A stretch of 64,000 bases of DNA from Tricharina praecox (taxonomy: Eukaryota): NCBI RefSeq assembly GCF_024521635.1, contig NW_026250425.1, positions 558,001 through 622,000 of the forward strand. Direction: 5' to 3'. Shown in pieces: positions 48,039 through 60,707 of this stretch. The notes beneath the pieces are model-generated. The model did no database searches and was not told where the DNA came from. It saw only the letters and a program-made list of their open reading frames with translations. Position 1 is the stretch's first letter. Each line of letters starts with the position of its first letter. A program made the translations under genes and the position numbers.

Positions 48039-49202
48039 ATGAATCCTCTCAAGATCTTCTCCCTCCTGCCACTCCTTATCCCTCTCCACGTCGCAGCCCG
48101 CTCCCAATCGAATGCGTCACCCACCTCTATCCCCAACTACTCATCCTCCACCCCGCCCCACAAAGCGAAGGACCCAACCACCTCTCCCTCCGTCCCACCG
48201 TCAACAACCCTTACGCATGTAATCGCGCCATGGAGCTTCTACCCATACACGACGGCAGTCCGACAGCTTCCTGAGAGCGAACGACGCTTCTTTGGGCCGT
48301 TGGGATACCATACCCGTGACGCTGATCAGAGGAAGGAGGATCAGACGTATGTTTGGTTTATTCCGAAGAAAACGAGCGTTTCTACTACTACTACTACAAC
48401 CACGGCGACGGAGAGTGTGACGGTGTCGATGTGGAGGGAGATGACCGTGGGAGCGGAGACCGTCACGCAGACGGTGGTGGTGACCGAGACTGCGATTCCC
48501 ACGAGCACGAGCACGATACAGGATGAGCACCTGGTGGAGACTGTGGTCCCGTTACGTATGGATGCGGCGTACACATCGACTCCAGTCATAGCAGCGGCCC
48601 TCGGCGCGCAAACAGCCACATCCGCAATGTTCTACACTTCCACCTCCCACCACAACGCTGCGGGGGATCCATATCCGATCCCAACGATCATCGTAACCCC
48701 ACCGCACATCAAACGCACTCCCGCCAACCTCACCGTGATCACCGTCAACCGCTCGCCCGACACGCGCGACCTCAACGCACTCATCCTGACCATAGCGCAA
48801 ATGACCGGCTTCATCGTCATCGGCCTTCTAGTATCCTTCTGCACCGTGGTCCTTCTCATTTGGTGCTCGCAACCTCTGTGGTGGCCGTGGGTACGGAAAC
48901 GGCCGGATAGGGAACCACATATGCCCGGTGCATGGGTGGATGGACTCGACGGACCTGGTGAAGGTGCGTATATCCCCCGTCAGATGATGACGAGCGAGCG
49001 GTGGCTGACTACAGCAGCATCCCCGGATTCACAACACAGTGCCTATGAGACGGCTTTGGGGGCGGCTGGTACTCCAAGGCAGACGGTAGCCACGAGGCGC
49101 CCACCCTCGTCGACTATGGTGTTTTCCATGAATGGCGCAAGGACGCCGCTGAGGCCGAGGGCGGAGTTGGGGGGGTTGTTTGGAGGTACGGCGCCGGCGT
49201 GA
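48039..49202 (+). CDS. Ser/Thr/Pro-rich type I membrane (mucin-like) protein
   Basis: Signal peptide MNPLKIFSLLPLLIPLHVAA, Thr-rich ectodomain, TM segment GFIVIGLLVSFCTVVLLIW and a cytoplasmic tail. Confidence 0.75.
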   Translation: MNPLKIFSLLPLLIPLHVAARSQSNASPTSIPNYSSSTPPHKAKDPTTSPSVPPSTTLTHVIAPWSFYPYTTAVRQLPESERRFFGPLGYHTRDADQRKEDQTYVWFIPKKTSVSTTTTTTTATESVTVSMWREMTVGAETVTQTVVVTETAIPTSTSTIQDEHLVETVVPLRMDAAYTSTPVIAAALGAQTATSAMFYTSTSHHNAAGDPYPIPTIIVTPPHIKRTPANLTVITVNRSPDTRDLNALILTIAQMTGFIVIGLLVSFCTVVLLIWCSQPLWWPWVRKRPDREPHMPGAWVDGLDGPGEGAYIPRQMMTSERWLTTAASPDSQHSAYETALGAAGTPRQTVATRRPPSSTMVFSMNGARTPLRPRAELGGLFGGTAPA

Positions 49203-49893
49203 TGGCGTGATTGCGGTATGGTGTCTGAGTTTTTATATTCGGCGGTAAAGGGTGTATTAGGTATTGCGCCTGTGCTGGGAAAGTAGCGGTTTGGTTATGA
49301 GTGTCTGGCTGAGTTTTGGAAGGGTCGTCTGAGTAATGAAACCGCCATGATGATGGATCATGAGAACGGCTGTCACTGGAGTTGTTTAGCGTATTCCTTC
49401 ACAAGCTCCACAACTTCAGCGGCAATAGCCTATATCAAAGTGTATAGCATCTGCATAGACACGTTCAACTTTGATTCGAGTCTTACCTTGACATCCACGT
49501 TGCCGGCTTCCACATGTCAGCTAACAGTATCAGAGCCGAGAGTCACTGAAGCAGAGAATAAAGGAATGCTTGCGCTGAAAGAAAGGGTCCTTTATCACGA
49601 TATGCTACCTACTCGTACAAGTCCGAGCAACAGGCGGACGTACCATACCAGCTGTGCCGGATGAAGATGATGCATGGGTTCGCACTCGTATAATATGAAT
49701 GACATCGTGTGATTCGTTTGTTTCTTTTATTAGTTATAAAGAATTCCAAAGTACACACCGAAAATCCCAGCATAACAAGTATTAAGTAACCCAAGAAACA
49801 AGCACAAAACGAGTGCAAAAACAATCCCAAAAAGAAGTACGAGTACACCGTTCCCCGGCACAAAGCAAAGCAAAGCAAACAAAGGTATCAAAC

Positions 49894-51303
49894 CTATGCG
49901 ACCACATCCGCTTTCTTGCCACCATTTCTGAGCTTCTCCATAGCGTCGCCAATCCACACCCCGAGCGCTTTGGTATTCTGCTGGATCATGGCGGCACACT
50001 TCTGTCTCACCAGCTCCTTCTTCTTCCGCCGCTCCTTGGGGCCCATATTCAGAATCCTCCCTACAACATCGAGGTCGAGCTCCTCCGCACCCTGCAGCCA
50101 CACGACGTCCGGGTCGAGGTACGAGTACGCATCGACGATGGCCTGAGTGGCAACCAGCGGGGTCCCACCGATCAGCGCAGCCGGAACCGACGAGGACGCT
50201 TTGCGGTCGAGGTACTCATTGTTCGCGAACGCGGGGAGCAAGGCGAACGTGCGCGAGATGATGGAGTAGAACTCAACGTAATCCAGGCCCTCGTCGAACT
50301 TGACGTGCTCGCGGACCTCGAGGGGGACGTCGGGATGCTTGCCGTGGCCTAGGAGGTGCATGGTCACGTTGCGGTCGGGCTTTTCGTCGTCGGCCGGCGC
50401 GGAGTTGCTGGACGTCAGCAGCGAGTTGAGGCTCGTGAACACGCTGTTGTAGTCGCGGCGCGTGGAGTCGTAGTCGCCCTGGAGCGCGAATGATAGCTCC
50501 TCCTTGTCTGTGCCGGTGCCCGTGGGCTCCTCCGGCAGCGGCACGGGGAACACCGGGACGAACGAGCGGATCTTGGCGGGCGTCCTGGTCGCCCACTTGC
50601 TGATACTGTGTTCTTGGAGGAAGGTGGCAGTGTGTGGGCTCAGAGTCAAGAACTCGACGAGGCCGGCTTCGACCCAGGGGGTGATGAGGTTCTCCAGATT
50701 CCGCGACTCGGCCGCCCACCGGTCGGCATGGTGCACTACGCAGAAGAGGTAAGTCTTCCGCTCTGCTAGCAACGCGCCTAGTTGCTTCTGGAAATAGACG
50801 AGGTCCAGCTCGCAGGTCCCCGCAACGAAGACGTCTGGCCGCCGCTGGAGGGAGTCTACATCTCTGTAGACTCCCGGAGACTTGGGATCGGGGAGCGGGT
50901 TGCTCAGTGCGAAGCCGCGCATCACGCCGGTGATCCCATAGCGCGGAAGAAGCTGGTATAGTTTCAGCAGCGCGCTAGGTTGTGAGCCGAAGGCGTGAAC
51001 GAGTGCTGCGATCACTTCATCGTGGGAGCCGCCGGTCTCGGTGATCGTAATGTGGAGATTACTATCCGTATGTGTGGTGGGTTTCTTTTCGCTGTCGTGG
51101 TTCACAGCTCCTGTATCGCTTTCGTGGTTCACGACTTTTGTATCGCTTTCGTGGTTCACGCCTCCTGTAACGCTGTCGGTCACATCGTGAACAACCGGTG
51201 GTGGTGAGGGTGGTGTCGCTCGTCCGCCGAACAGGAACGTGCCGGAGAAGAAGATGAAGAACACGGCTACCACGAGGAGGACAGAGATCCGTCGTTGCAT
51301 CAT
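49894..51303 (-). CDS. Type II membrane putative glycosyltransferase (GT-B-like), intronless
   Basis: MMQRR + TM helix + stem with VNHESDT repeats (27-bp x3). The downstream globular domain contains LQGDYDSTRRDY, LDYVEFY and KASSSVPAALIGGTPLV. Confidence 0.7.
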   Translation of the reverse strand: MMQRRISVLLVVAVFFIFFSGTFLFGGRATPPSPPPVVHDVTDSVTGGVNHESDTKVVNHESDTGAVNHDSEKKPTTHTDSNLHITITETGGSHDEVIAALVHAFGSQPSALLKLYQLLPRYGITGVMRGFALSNPLPDPKSPGVYRDVDSLQRRPDVFVAGTCELDLVYFQKQLGALLAERKTYLFCVVHHADRWAAESRNLENLITPWVEAGLVEFLTLSPHTATFLQEHSISKWATRTPAKIRSFVPVFPVPLPEEPTGTGTDKEELSFALQGDYDSTRRDYNSVFTSLNSLLTSSNSAPADDEKPDRNVTMHLLGHGKHPDVPLEVREHVKFDEGLDYVEFYSIISRTFALLPAFANNEYLDRKASSSVPAALIGGTPLVATQAIVDAYSYLDPDVVWLQGAEELDLDVVGRILNMGPKERRKKKELVRQKCAAMIQQNTKALGVWIGDAMEKLRNGGKKADVVA

Positions 51304-51910
51304 TGTGTTGAGAATGGGAATGAGAAGATATAACTCGAGCTGGTCCACAGCATCTGTTTGTCCGTTCGTTCGTGAAACTTTGAGAGAAAGGAAGCTTGGA
51401 GGTTGATTCGGGGGTTAACTATGAGCCGGGTAGCTAACTATGGCTTGCCGGTGTCAGGGAGAAGGAGGCGTCACTAGGGCAGAGTGTCGTGTTAAATAGC
51501 GATCTACATACCTGTTCGGAAATTCGGAATGCTCATCTAGGCTACACACGTGACGAGTACACAAGTATCAGTTCCATGGGTATTCGCACACAAGCGTCCA
51601 TAAATCCAACGGCGCCGCTGTCACCACCGAATGTTTCACATGAGCTTCGATTTCTATTGCCAACGCTTTTTTTTCCCTATTGTACATGGAATCGAACTAG
51701 GTGGAGAGAGAGAGATTCCGAAAGACAGAAATAGACACAGCGGAGCACACACAAAGCCCAGTGAGTGCTCCCAGCCAAGAGACAAAGAGCTCTCAGAGCC
51801 ACGGCTTTTCATCCCCCTCTCATGCAGACAACACAACAAGACAACCACCACCGCTACACACCGAGCAAAATAGAGTACACATTTTTGTAGCCGCGCTATT
51901 GCTGCGTTAT

Positions 51911-53168
51911 TTATTTCTTCTGGACGTCTCCGAACACGTTGAGACCGAGACCCTCCGAGTCGAGGTACAGCTTGTTCTTGCCGCCAGCATCCTGGATCAG
52001 CTTCGCGATGTCCCGAGCATTCTCGATCTTGCGCAGCTCGACGTAACTCTTGGACTTCTTGATCGCGTCACCGATGAGCTCCGCGGAGCGGGATTCTCCC
52101 TGGGCTCTGATGATCATGGCCTGCTTCTCCTGCCTGGCCTTGTCGACTACGAATGCGGCACGCTGGGCCTCCTGCTGAGCGACCTGCTTGGCCTCGACGG
52201 CGGCGGTGAACTCGGGCGAGAATGCCAGATGCTACGGCTTTGTTTAGCTATGCGTCATGTTCGGTCATTGCGGGTAGGCGTACCGTTAACGAGACATCGT
52301 CCAGCATGATGTTGAACCTCGCCGCTCTCTTGACCAAGTTGTCCCGGACCAGTCTGCTGACAGCCTCACGCTGGGTGATCAACTGCGAAGCATTGAACTG
52401 TGCAACAACGGCCTTGAGGACCTCGTTCACGATCGAAGGCAGAACACGCTCGTCGTAGTCGGTTCCGAGAGTACGGTAGATGACCGGGAGAGCATCCACT
52501 CTGGGACGGGACAACACACGGCAGGTGATGTTGACCATCTGAAGATCTGGGGTTCATGCACGTCAGTGGGGGATCGCTGACGCTTCATGGGGCCGATGCT
52601 GTCATACCCTTGGTTCCGGTCAACGAGGCGATGTTGCGGGGCTTAGCACGGACGTCGTAGGTGATGGGTGTCTCGAACCATGGAATCATCAAGTGAGTTC
52701 CTAAATACCGAAAAACACAGATTAGCCACACGCTCCCCAGGCAACATTTTTCGTATGTAGGGCCGGTAGGTGCTATCAGTCCAGCGAGCATGCCGGTGAC
52801 GGAGCCCGGGAACGACTGGAGTGGCGATGTCAAACCTTCATTGTAGATTTCCTTCTTGACACCTCCGAGACGAGTGTACTTGATCGCACGGTGACCACCA
52901 TCAACTGCACAAGAGAGCATACGTTAGCACCCATAATCCGCCGCCATTTGCAATCATGTACATTCCCAGGCGGTTGGATAGAACTTAACATACCGTTGAA
53001 CAGAGCACTGTTTCCGGCGAAAACGGCACCGAGGAGCAACGCCAGGCCGATTCCACCACCGATGGCTCCCTTGGGAGCACCTCCCCTACCGCCGGCACCG
53101 GACTTCTGAGCGCGCTGAAGAGCAGACTGGAAACGGTTCCAGGTCTCACGGGGGTTATTGGGATCCAT
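51911..53168 (-). CDS. PHB2: Prohibitin-2, 5 exons
   Basis: [74 protein letters not shown] and [11 protein letters not shown]. Confidence 0.96.
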
Positions 53169-54164
53169 GTTGATGAGCTGTGCGGGGTGGGCGGGATGTC
53201 GGATGCGATTGCGTTTCGAAGCTCGGGATTGGAGAGTACAAGCGCGAGACGGTGCGGGTCGAAAATGCCCTCCATGCCACCATGTTTGCCAAGGCATCTT
53301 ACCCGGACAAGATCGGTTGCACGGTCAGCGACTCCCACCCGCTCTATATGCGAGGATACGCCCAAGATTTGGAACATGATTTCATCGCTCAGTTCGCGAC
53401 AGACGTGCTTCTTTCCATGTATAACCTCACTCAGTGAAACTAGAAACCCATCTGCACCAGTCGAGTGATAGGTGATGAGTGAAATAGTGGGGTTGACTGA
53501 GCACGCCAATACTCTAGATGCTCGGACCGATGGTGCTGGGCAAGGTCTGTGCGATTCAGAGTTGTGCTCTCTACTCTATGAGACACGGCGATACGACACA
53601 CATATACTTGCTTTAGATCGTGAACTATTCCTATAGGCCAAGGCGGGTATCGACATTGATGAGATACGGCACCCGCCATCCGGTCTTTGTGGTCGAAGTG
53701 AGGCGAACGAGGAGAATCTTGCGGTCACTCTTGCGATGGCCAATCACGTGCCCCGCCTCCTACCATACCTAATCAGCACAAGACTACGCAATGATCTCAC
53801 CGACTCTCCAGTTCCCCTTGCCGCCGCCAAGGCTAAATGGATGAGCTCTGGAACTGGACTGGACCGAATGCTGCTCGTTGAGCCACTGCAACTGAGCAGG
53901 AGAGAGATAGCAAGTAAGTTCACTCTCCCTGGTCATGAAACTTCTGTCCAAGAATTCAAACTCTTCATAGCCCTACGTGAAAACCCAGTTACCGGTGCCT
54001 TATCTTAGCAACCTTCCTACTACCCCACCGCGTCGGCCAGGTTTTGGAGACACAACAGCTCCACCATCCTTGTTTCCACCCACTCGCCTTGCTATCGCTC
54101 GTGATTGAGTGTTGCTCTGCATCTGCCACCCGCCGCCCGCAATCAGTCCTCCGAGTCACTCTAA

Positions 54165-56810
54165 ATGTCCGCGCAGCGTTCCCCAACAGTCCTCTCCCGC
54201 GCCAGCTCGTCATCAGCCTCCTCGTCGTCATCGGAATCGCACAACAGCGACTCCACCAGTCGCCAGCGCCCAGGCGTCACTCCATTGACTACGCGCCCGC
54301 AAACCACACCGAACCCACAACACAGCCATCGACGACGCCGTGGCCGCAGAAACCGCCGTACACACACTGCCTCCGGACACCTCGAGGGGGAACTCGGTCG
54401 CAACTCGGACGATGGCGCGAACACCTTCAACTCCCCGGCTCCGCGTAGGAACACGGGGTTCTACTTGCAGCCGAACTTGAGTGGCGTGTCGATGGACAGT
54501 ACCGCGTTACTGGATCACAGAGAGCAAATGTCCATGCGACCGAGGCGTTCTAGCACTGCTACAGCACTGTTTGACTCGGTCAGGTCGCCAGGCGGACACC
54601 CACGGTATCAGGAGAGGCCGGCGCACGATGGCGCGGAAGACGATGGCCAGAGCTCCGAGAACTCAGACAATGAGACCCGACCGTTGATCCGGATCGGTGC
54701 GCCCAACGAGAGGACTTCTCTCATGGGTACGCGACCGCAGAAGTCGCGACCTTCGACGTCTAGTTCGCGACGGGCACAGCATCCAGAACTCGGGCGGCTG
54801 CCGCCCCCTAGCGTCCCCTTCCGTGAATACGGCAGCATCAACTTCCCGCCGTCGGTTCCGTCGAGCCCCCATCTGGAGGCGTCTCGCATGGCTCGTAGCT
54901 TCCAGGAGCACGATTTCGCGAGAATACGAAACGGTAATGCGCCGGATACTCTCATCAATATTGACACGCACGACGGCGACGACGACGAGGATTCGCACCC
55001 GCCACGCTCCCCGCCCAAATCCCCGAATAATGGCATGCGCTCTTCCACCTTCCGCGCAGAGGAAGATGTCTGCTTCCCGGTCGACGACGGCCTGCTCGAC
55101 GAGGACGAGGCTACCGAGATGAACGGCGACGACTATCCAAATTGCCGCCGCCGTCGCCGCGAGTGGCCCGACTTCTCAGTCTTGGAAGAGTGGAGCCGCG
55201 ACGAGAAGGAAGAGCGCAGCGAGGGCATAAGAGCCAAGAAGTTGCCGGAGCCTGTCTATGTGGGTGGACGCCTTAGACCACCCGTTAGGGCCCCGTGGCA
55301 TAGGGATGAGGAGGAGCTGCCATACCGATTCACGTACTTCAACGAAGAATTGCCTGCCACAATCCATTCGCATACGATATCGGAGCTGTTGCAGCCAGGG
55401 CAGTCGTTCGCGGACCTCTTCAGGCCGGAGCCGCGGGTGCTTGAGGACTCATCGGAAGATGAACTTGATGCGAGCCCGGGAAGGCCAATGCGCGCGGGAA
55501 GCACTACTACCGGCGGCGACGAGTCGAGGACCGATTGCTCCCCGCCGGAACCAAGTCAATCGCTGCCTAGACTCGGGCCGAGGCCGACATTCTGGCTAGA
55601 TGTGTTTAGCCCAACGGATGCGGAGATGAAGATCATCAGCAAGGCCTTTGGCATTCATCCGTTGACCTCGGAGGATATTATGATGCAGGAAGCGCGCGAG
55701 AAAGTCGAGCTGTTCCGCAGCTACTATTTGGTGTCGTATCGTACGTTCGAGCAGGATAGTAACAGCGAAGACTATATGGATCCTGTGAACATTTACGTAG
55801 TAGTTTTTAGAGACGGCGTCATCAGCGTATAAATCCCACCCTATCATCTGTCGATATGCAAGCGCTAACAATCCCACACAGTTCCACTTCTCACAAACTC
55901 CACACCCAGCGAATGTCCGCCGCCGTATCCGCCAGTTGAAAGACTACATAACCGTCTCCGCCGACTGGATCTCCTACGCTCTGATCGATGACATCACCGA
56001 TGCCTTCCAGCCATTGATCCAGTCCCTCGAATCGGAAGTAGACGACATTGATGACGCCATCCTGCGGATGCACATCGAGCCCGACTCGCCGGAAAAGAAG
56101 AAGCAGGGCACCGCAGCATCGCTCAAGGGCGACGACCCCGAGGAGCAGAAGAGCGATGGCGACATGCTGAAGCGGGTGGGCGACAGCAGACGGAACGTTA
56201 TGAGTCTGTACCGCCTCATGGGAAATAAGGCGGATGTTATCAAGGGCTTTGCGAAGCGCTGTAATGAGCAGTGGCAAGTTGCACCTCGCAGCGAGATTGG
56301 GCTTTATTTGGGCGATATTCAAGGTAGTCCCCCCCTCCCTCTCCCCTCTCCTCCTCGGCTCTTCTTTCCATGATGCAACGATGCTAAGATAAGCGGCGGA
56401 CAGACCACATCGTAACCATGGTCTCCAACCTCAACCACATGGAAAAGATCCTCTCACGTAGTCATAGCAACTATCTGGCGCAGATCAACATCAAGATGAA
56501 CGAGCGACAGGAGCAGACGGCCGACGTGCTTGGCAGACTGACGGTTCTTGGAACCATCGTTCTGCCAATGAACATCATCACGGGTCTGTGGGGAATGAAT
56601 GTTATGGTGCCCGGACAGAACGTGGAGAATCTTGACTGGTGTGTTTCCTCCCCTCCCTAAAGGCCCTGTGAGCCCTGTGGGAATTAAGGTGGGAATAAAT
56701 GATTACTGATGATGGATATGTGGGACAGGTTTTGGTGTATCACCGCAGGCCTGCTGGTTTTTGGATTCATGTGCTATTGGATTGCGAAGCGAGTGTACAA
56801 GATCATGTAA
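54165..56810 (+). CDS. MNR2: CorA-family Mg2+ transporter, Mnr2-like, 4 exons
   Basis: FGIHPLTSEDI, YALIDDITDAF and TVLGTIVLPMNIITGLWGMNVMVPGQ (GMN signature). Introns at about 55827-55881, 56324-56403 and 56639-56728. Confidence 0.88.
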
Positions 56811-57404
56811 TGATCTCATCCTCTGCTGCCATGTATGTTTGTATCGTATCTGATCCCATTTGTATATGGACTGGGACTTGGACTTGGACGTTTTCATTTC
56901 ACGATTTTGGATCTCCATCGCGTTTCTTTCCTTCCTTCCTTCCTTCTTGTTTGTAATAATACGCCTGTAGCTCTTTTCTGTGGGCCTTTTTCTTCTTCTT
57001 TCTTTCTTTGACGAGGTCATACTTGTACGCATAACTACGGTGGGTGGGATAGCCAGACAGCCAAACGATGACGGATTGATTGGAACAGTTGTTTTTAGAT
57101 GATATAGAACAGACGAACAGCGAAATACTATACACACGCATATCAAAAATGAATGAATATGAATGAATGAATGAATGTCCAGAAACTCGATGTCTACACG
57201 CTCTACTACCACGTAACATGGATAAATACGAAGAAAGATAACCCTTTCAGGTATACACATCCATTCACCATCCTTTCCATCCTCCATCCATCCTCCAAAC
57301 AGCCCGCCAATCCAAATCCCCCAAACTCCGAACAAAATGCACAAGAAATAGATTTAGTACAGCAGCGAACATTTCCCCCCTGCTTCCCCCTGCTCCCGCG
57401 CCCG

Positions 57405-59528
57405 TTACGCAACCGCACTCCCCGAAAACACCGACAAGTTCGTAGCGGAGGCGTTCGCACTGAGCCCGCCAAACCTCTGGACAGCGGGGCTCGTCGCGGA
57501 CTCACCCACGCCGACTCCTCCCTGACCCAAGCCCTGACTCTGACCAGCACCACCACTAGTCTCGTTTTCTACCGCGCACAAAGAAGGTTTAGCTGTGAGA
57601 TTCATTAGGGCAGGTTCGACGTGATTGTCAGTGTACGCCTCGTGTCGGCTCAGGTGTGTGGCGTACCCGGTAGGAGCGACCGCCCCAGCAGCGGCACCGG
57701 CTCTGTCGCGATCTCGGCGGTGCGTCGCCTCGACGGCTTCGCGCCGCATCTTGCTGATCTTTATGTAGTTGTATGCCGCGATTGAGACGATCGTTACGAG
57801 TAGACCGGAAATGTTGACGGGGGTGAGCGGGTCGTCGAAGATTATGGCGGCCGCAGAGATCGTCATCACTTCTTTGAAGATGCCGCAGATGCTGAGTGTT
57901 ACGACTGAGGAGCGTTTGAGGAGGCTGAGAGAGCGGTTGGTTAGTGCGAGGGGGGCAGGGAGGGGGGAGTAGGGGGGCACATACGCGAATTCGCTGGATA
58001 CCATGAGGAACGCGATTACGCCGGGGAACACGACGATTGCGACGGCGCGGATGACACCCTCTTGGTCCACAAGCTCTCCGAAGCGCTCGAACAGTGGTCC
58101 GAAGCCCTCGACGGGGATGGCGACGGCGAGGATCGAGACGAACATGCAGGGTGCCAGGAAGAAGATCGACGAGAAGGGGTTGCCCGTGGCGGGGTTGTGC
58201 AGGAGAAGCATCTGCGTCAGTGACCAGCGCAGGCCCGAGAGTGCGGACGCCATCAGCACGAGGATGAAGCCGATCGTCACGAATTGCGCTTCGCTGGCTA
58301 CCATCATTACTACGCCGATTGTCATCACGCCGATGATGCCAATGAGCTTCAACGTAACTTTTTCTAGGCGGAAGGCGAAGGCGAAAACGAGGACGAAGGC
58401 CAGTGAGGAGGATTTGCACATAGCTTTTGAAAAGCGTTAGCCACATGCAGCTTCCCATCATGAGAGGGATTCGTACTGTAGAAGGCCAAAGTGATGTACT
58501 TCAAGCTCATGTTGCCCAGGCCGATATCCAACCCCGTAGCTGCACCACACGGCGCAATCTTGGTCATGTAGACCCACTTTGTCATAACCCCCTGCTGGGC
58601 CTTCTTGCGCTCTTGCGCCCAGCTGTTGAATCTGAACCACCTCGCAAATCTGCTCTCCGAGCCGCCAGCATCGGCAACCGATGGGAGATCCTCGGGCGCA
58701 TCTGGTTCGCCGAAGAAGCCTACCGGCCGGAATTGTGGTAACGCGTATAGTACGAGTGACGACAGCGAGAACTGGACGATCATGTGCACGCACGTCGTGA
58801 ACAGCGGGAAGTGGAAGTTCAGGTGATCCGGTGAGAACATCCATTTGTTGTACTAGAACACAGTGAGCACCGCTCGAGGACTGGCTTGAAGGGGCCGACT
58901 TACAACTGATATCAAGAGCGAGAATAGATACCTAGAAGCATGGGCGATCCGTTAAACACGCTGTGTGTGCAGAGACACCACCCCTTTGTGGAAGAGAGCA
59001 TCCATACCACAGTCCGATCAAAATCAGGTTGATTGCCAGATCCCGCATGACCCTCCCATCCGCCTCCTTCTTCTCCTGCCGGGTCACCTCGTCATCAAGG
59101 ATGTCTCCCTGGATGAGAGCGGCTTCCTCGGACTCGTCACCAGCGCGGTGCCGAACCCCCCGAGGCTTTCGCCTGCCGACCTCCTCGTCATCGCTCGCGG
59201 CGGCCCCTCTTCCATGATAGCTGTCCATTTCCAACTCCTCGGATTCGCTATCGCTCATCCACCGTTCAACGTCGATTCCGGTGCCGGCGTGTCGAACGCG
59301 ACTGGAGACGGCGGTGGTCTCGTGATCGGCGGACGCAGTCGTCAACAGTGATGGTGTAGGCGGGTGAACTCTGTTAGCGTACGTGCCGCGCTTGTTGCTT
59401 CGAGTACTGTGTTGCTGTTGTCGTAGAGAGAGTCTGAGAGGGTCGTCGGCGTCTTCTTCTTCTCCTGATGACGAAGAAGGGGGATATGGAATTGTCGGAG
59501 CAGGAAATTGTGCTGATGAAGCAGCCAT
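57405..59528 (-). CDS. Triose-phosphate/nucleotide-sugar transporter family protein (Ymd8/SLC35C2-like), 5 exons
   Basis: YNKWMFSPDHLNFHFPLFTT, ATGLDIGLGNMSL, MCKSSSLAFVLVFAFAFRLE, SGLRWSLTQ and VVTLSICGIFKEV. Confidence 0.9.
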
Positions 59529-60707
59529 GGTGCATGCGCTTGGGCTCTTGGGAGGTTCTCCGCGACGGCTGCAGATCTCTCAACTGGGGTAGGCACGGCA
59601 GGCGACCCTCCGGGGACGGTGAGACAGAGCCCCTATCTGGAAAGCGCGATGCCCGTCGTGTTATTTTTTGGGTATATGGTATTTTATTGTATTTTATTTT
59701 ATTTTTTCCGGTTGGGTGGTTTGGTCTGCAGTCTGGCCGGAGTCGATGGGCCAAGTGTGAGCTCGGTGAACAGGAAAGACCGGTGCTTAACTATGGCTCG
59801 TTTGGCTTGGGCCGGCTTGAGAGGGTTTTGCGTAAGTTCGGATGTCCAGGACCACCGGTGAGCTTGATGTGAGATGTGGTTGGGCGTCTCCCTACTAGAG
59901 TAACTACCGTACATCACCATCGAAGTTTCTTGAGATGGCATTCATCCCCCACGATATCTCCTCGGCACCGTTTGCTGTGCATATGTAACTCGGCCGGCCA
60001 CCATTCCCGTCTAATCCCGGCTCTGATCATCTCCAAAACATCGGAAACATTATCGAAGTCGTGTAGTACGTACATCATGTACGGTATCCCCTCCAGGTCC
60101 CACGCCGATTGTTCGGCACTGACGGCAGCATCGATCTGAAACCCTCGACTAATGAACCTATAGAGAGAGGGGACATCAATCTATTGTCGCATATGGCCTG
60201 TCTGGACTATGGCAACCTCAAGCCCGACCTTTCCTGCGAGTGAACCTATCATGGCGTTGCGGAAAAGTTCTAACTATGCTAAAAGCGAGTCATATTGTAT
60301 GAGCTAACTCCGCCCTCGAAAAACGGTTGCGACTTTGTGTAAGAAAGAATTCCACGGACATATCAGAATAGCCGTTACAATCGCCTTTGATCCTACCCCG
60401 CGTTGCTAGTCGAGTTACATACATCTTACCCAGACCATCAACAAACGTAGTGTTTGTGGCTGGCCAGAGAGGCGGATTCGACCACGCCACACGTTGGTGG
60501 CTCGAGTGCTGTCACGCCAAGAAAACTTGTAACCACCGCCACCATCCACATCAACAACAACAATCACCTTCTCCCCACACGCCCCGCAATTCGCATTTCC
60601 CTCCCGTCTTCTCCGCTAACCACCCACCAACTGCCCAACCAAATCGCCCATCCGAATACGCACACCCCTACAGCTTCCCCCAAGCGTCCAGAAAGTCGAT
60701 TCGAGCC

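Noticed and set aside
60387..60707. 107-codon non-ATG extension upstream of BUB1
   Set aside because: C/A-rich leader; ATG 60708 gives the expected N-terminal KEN box position.
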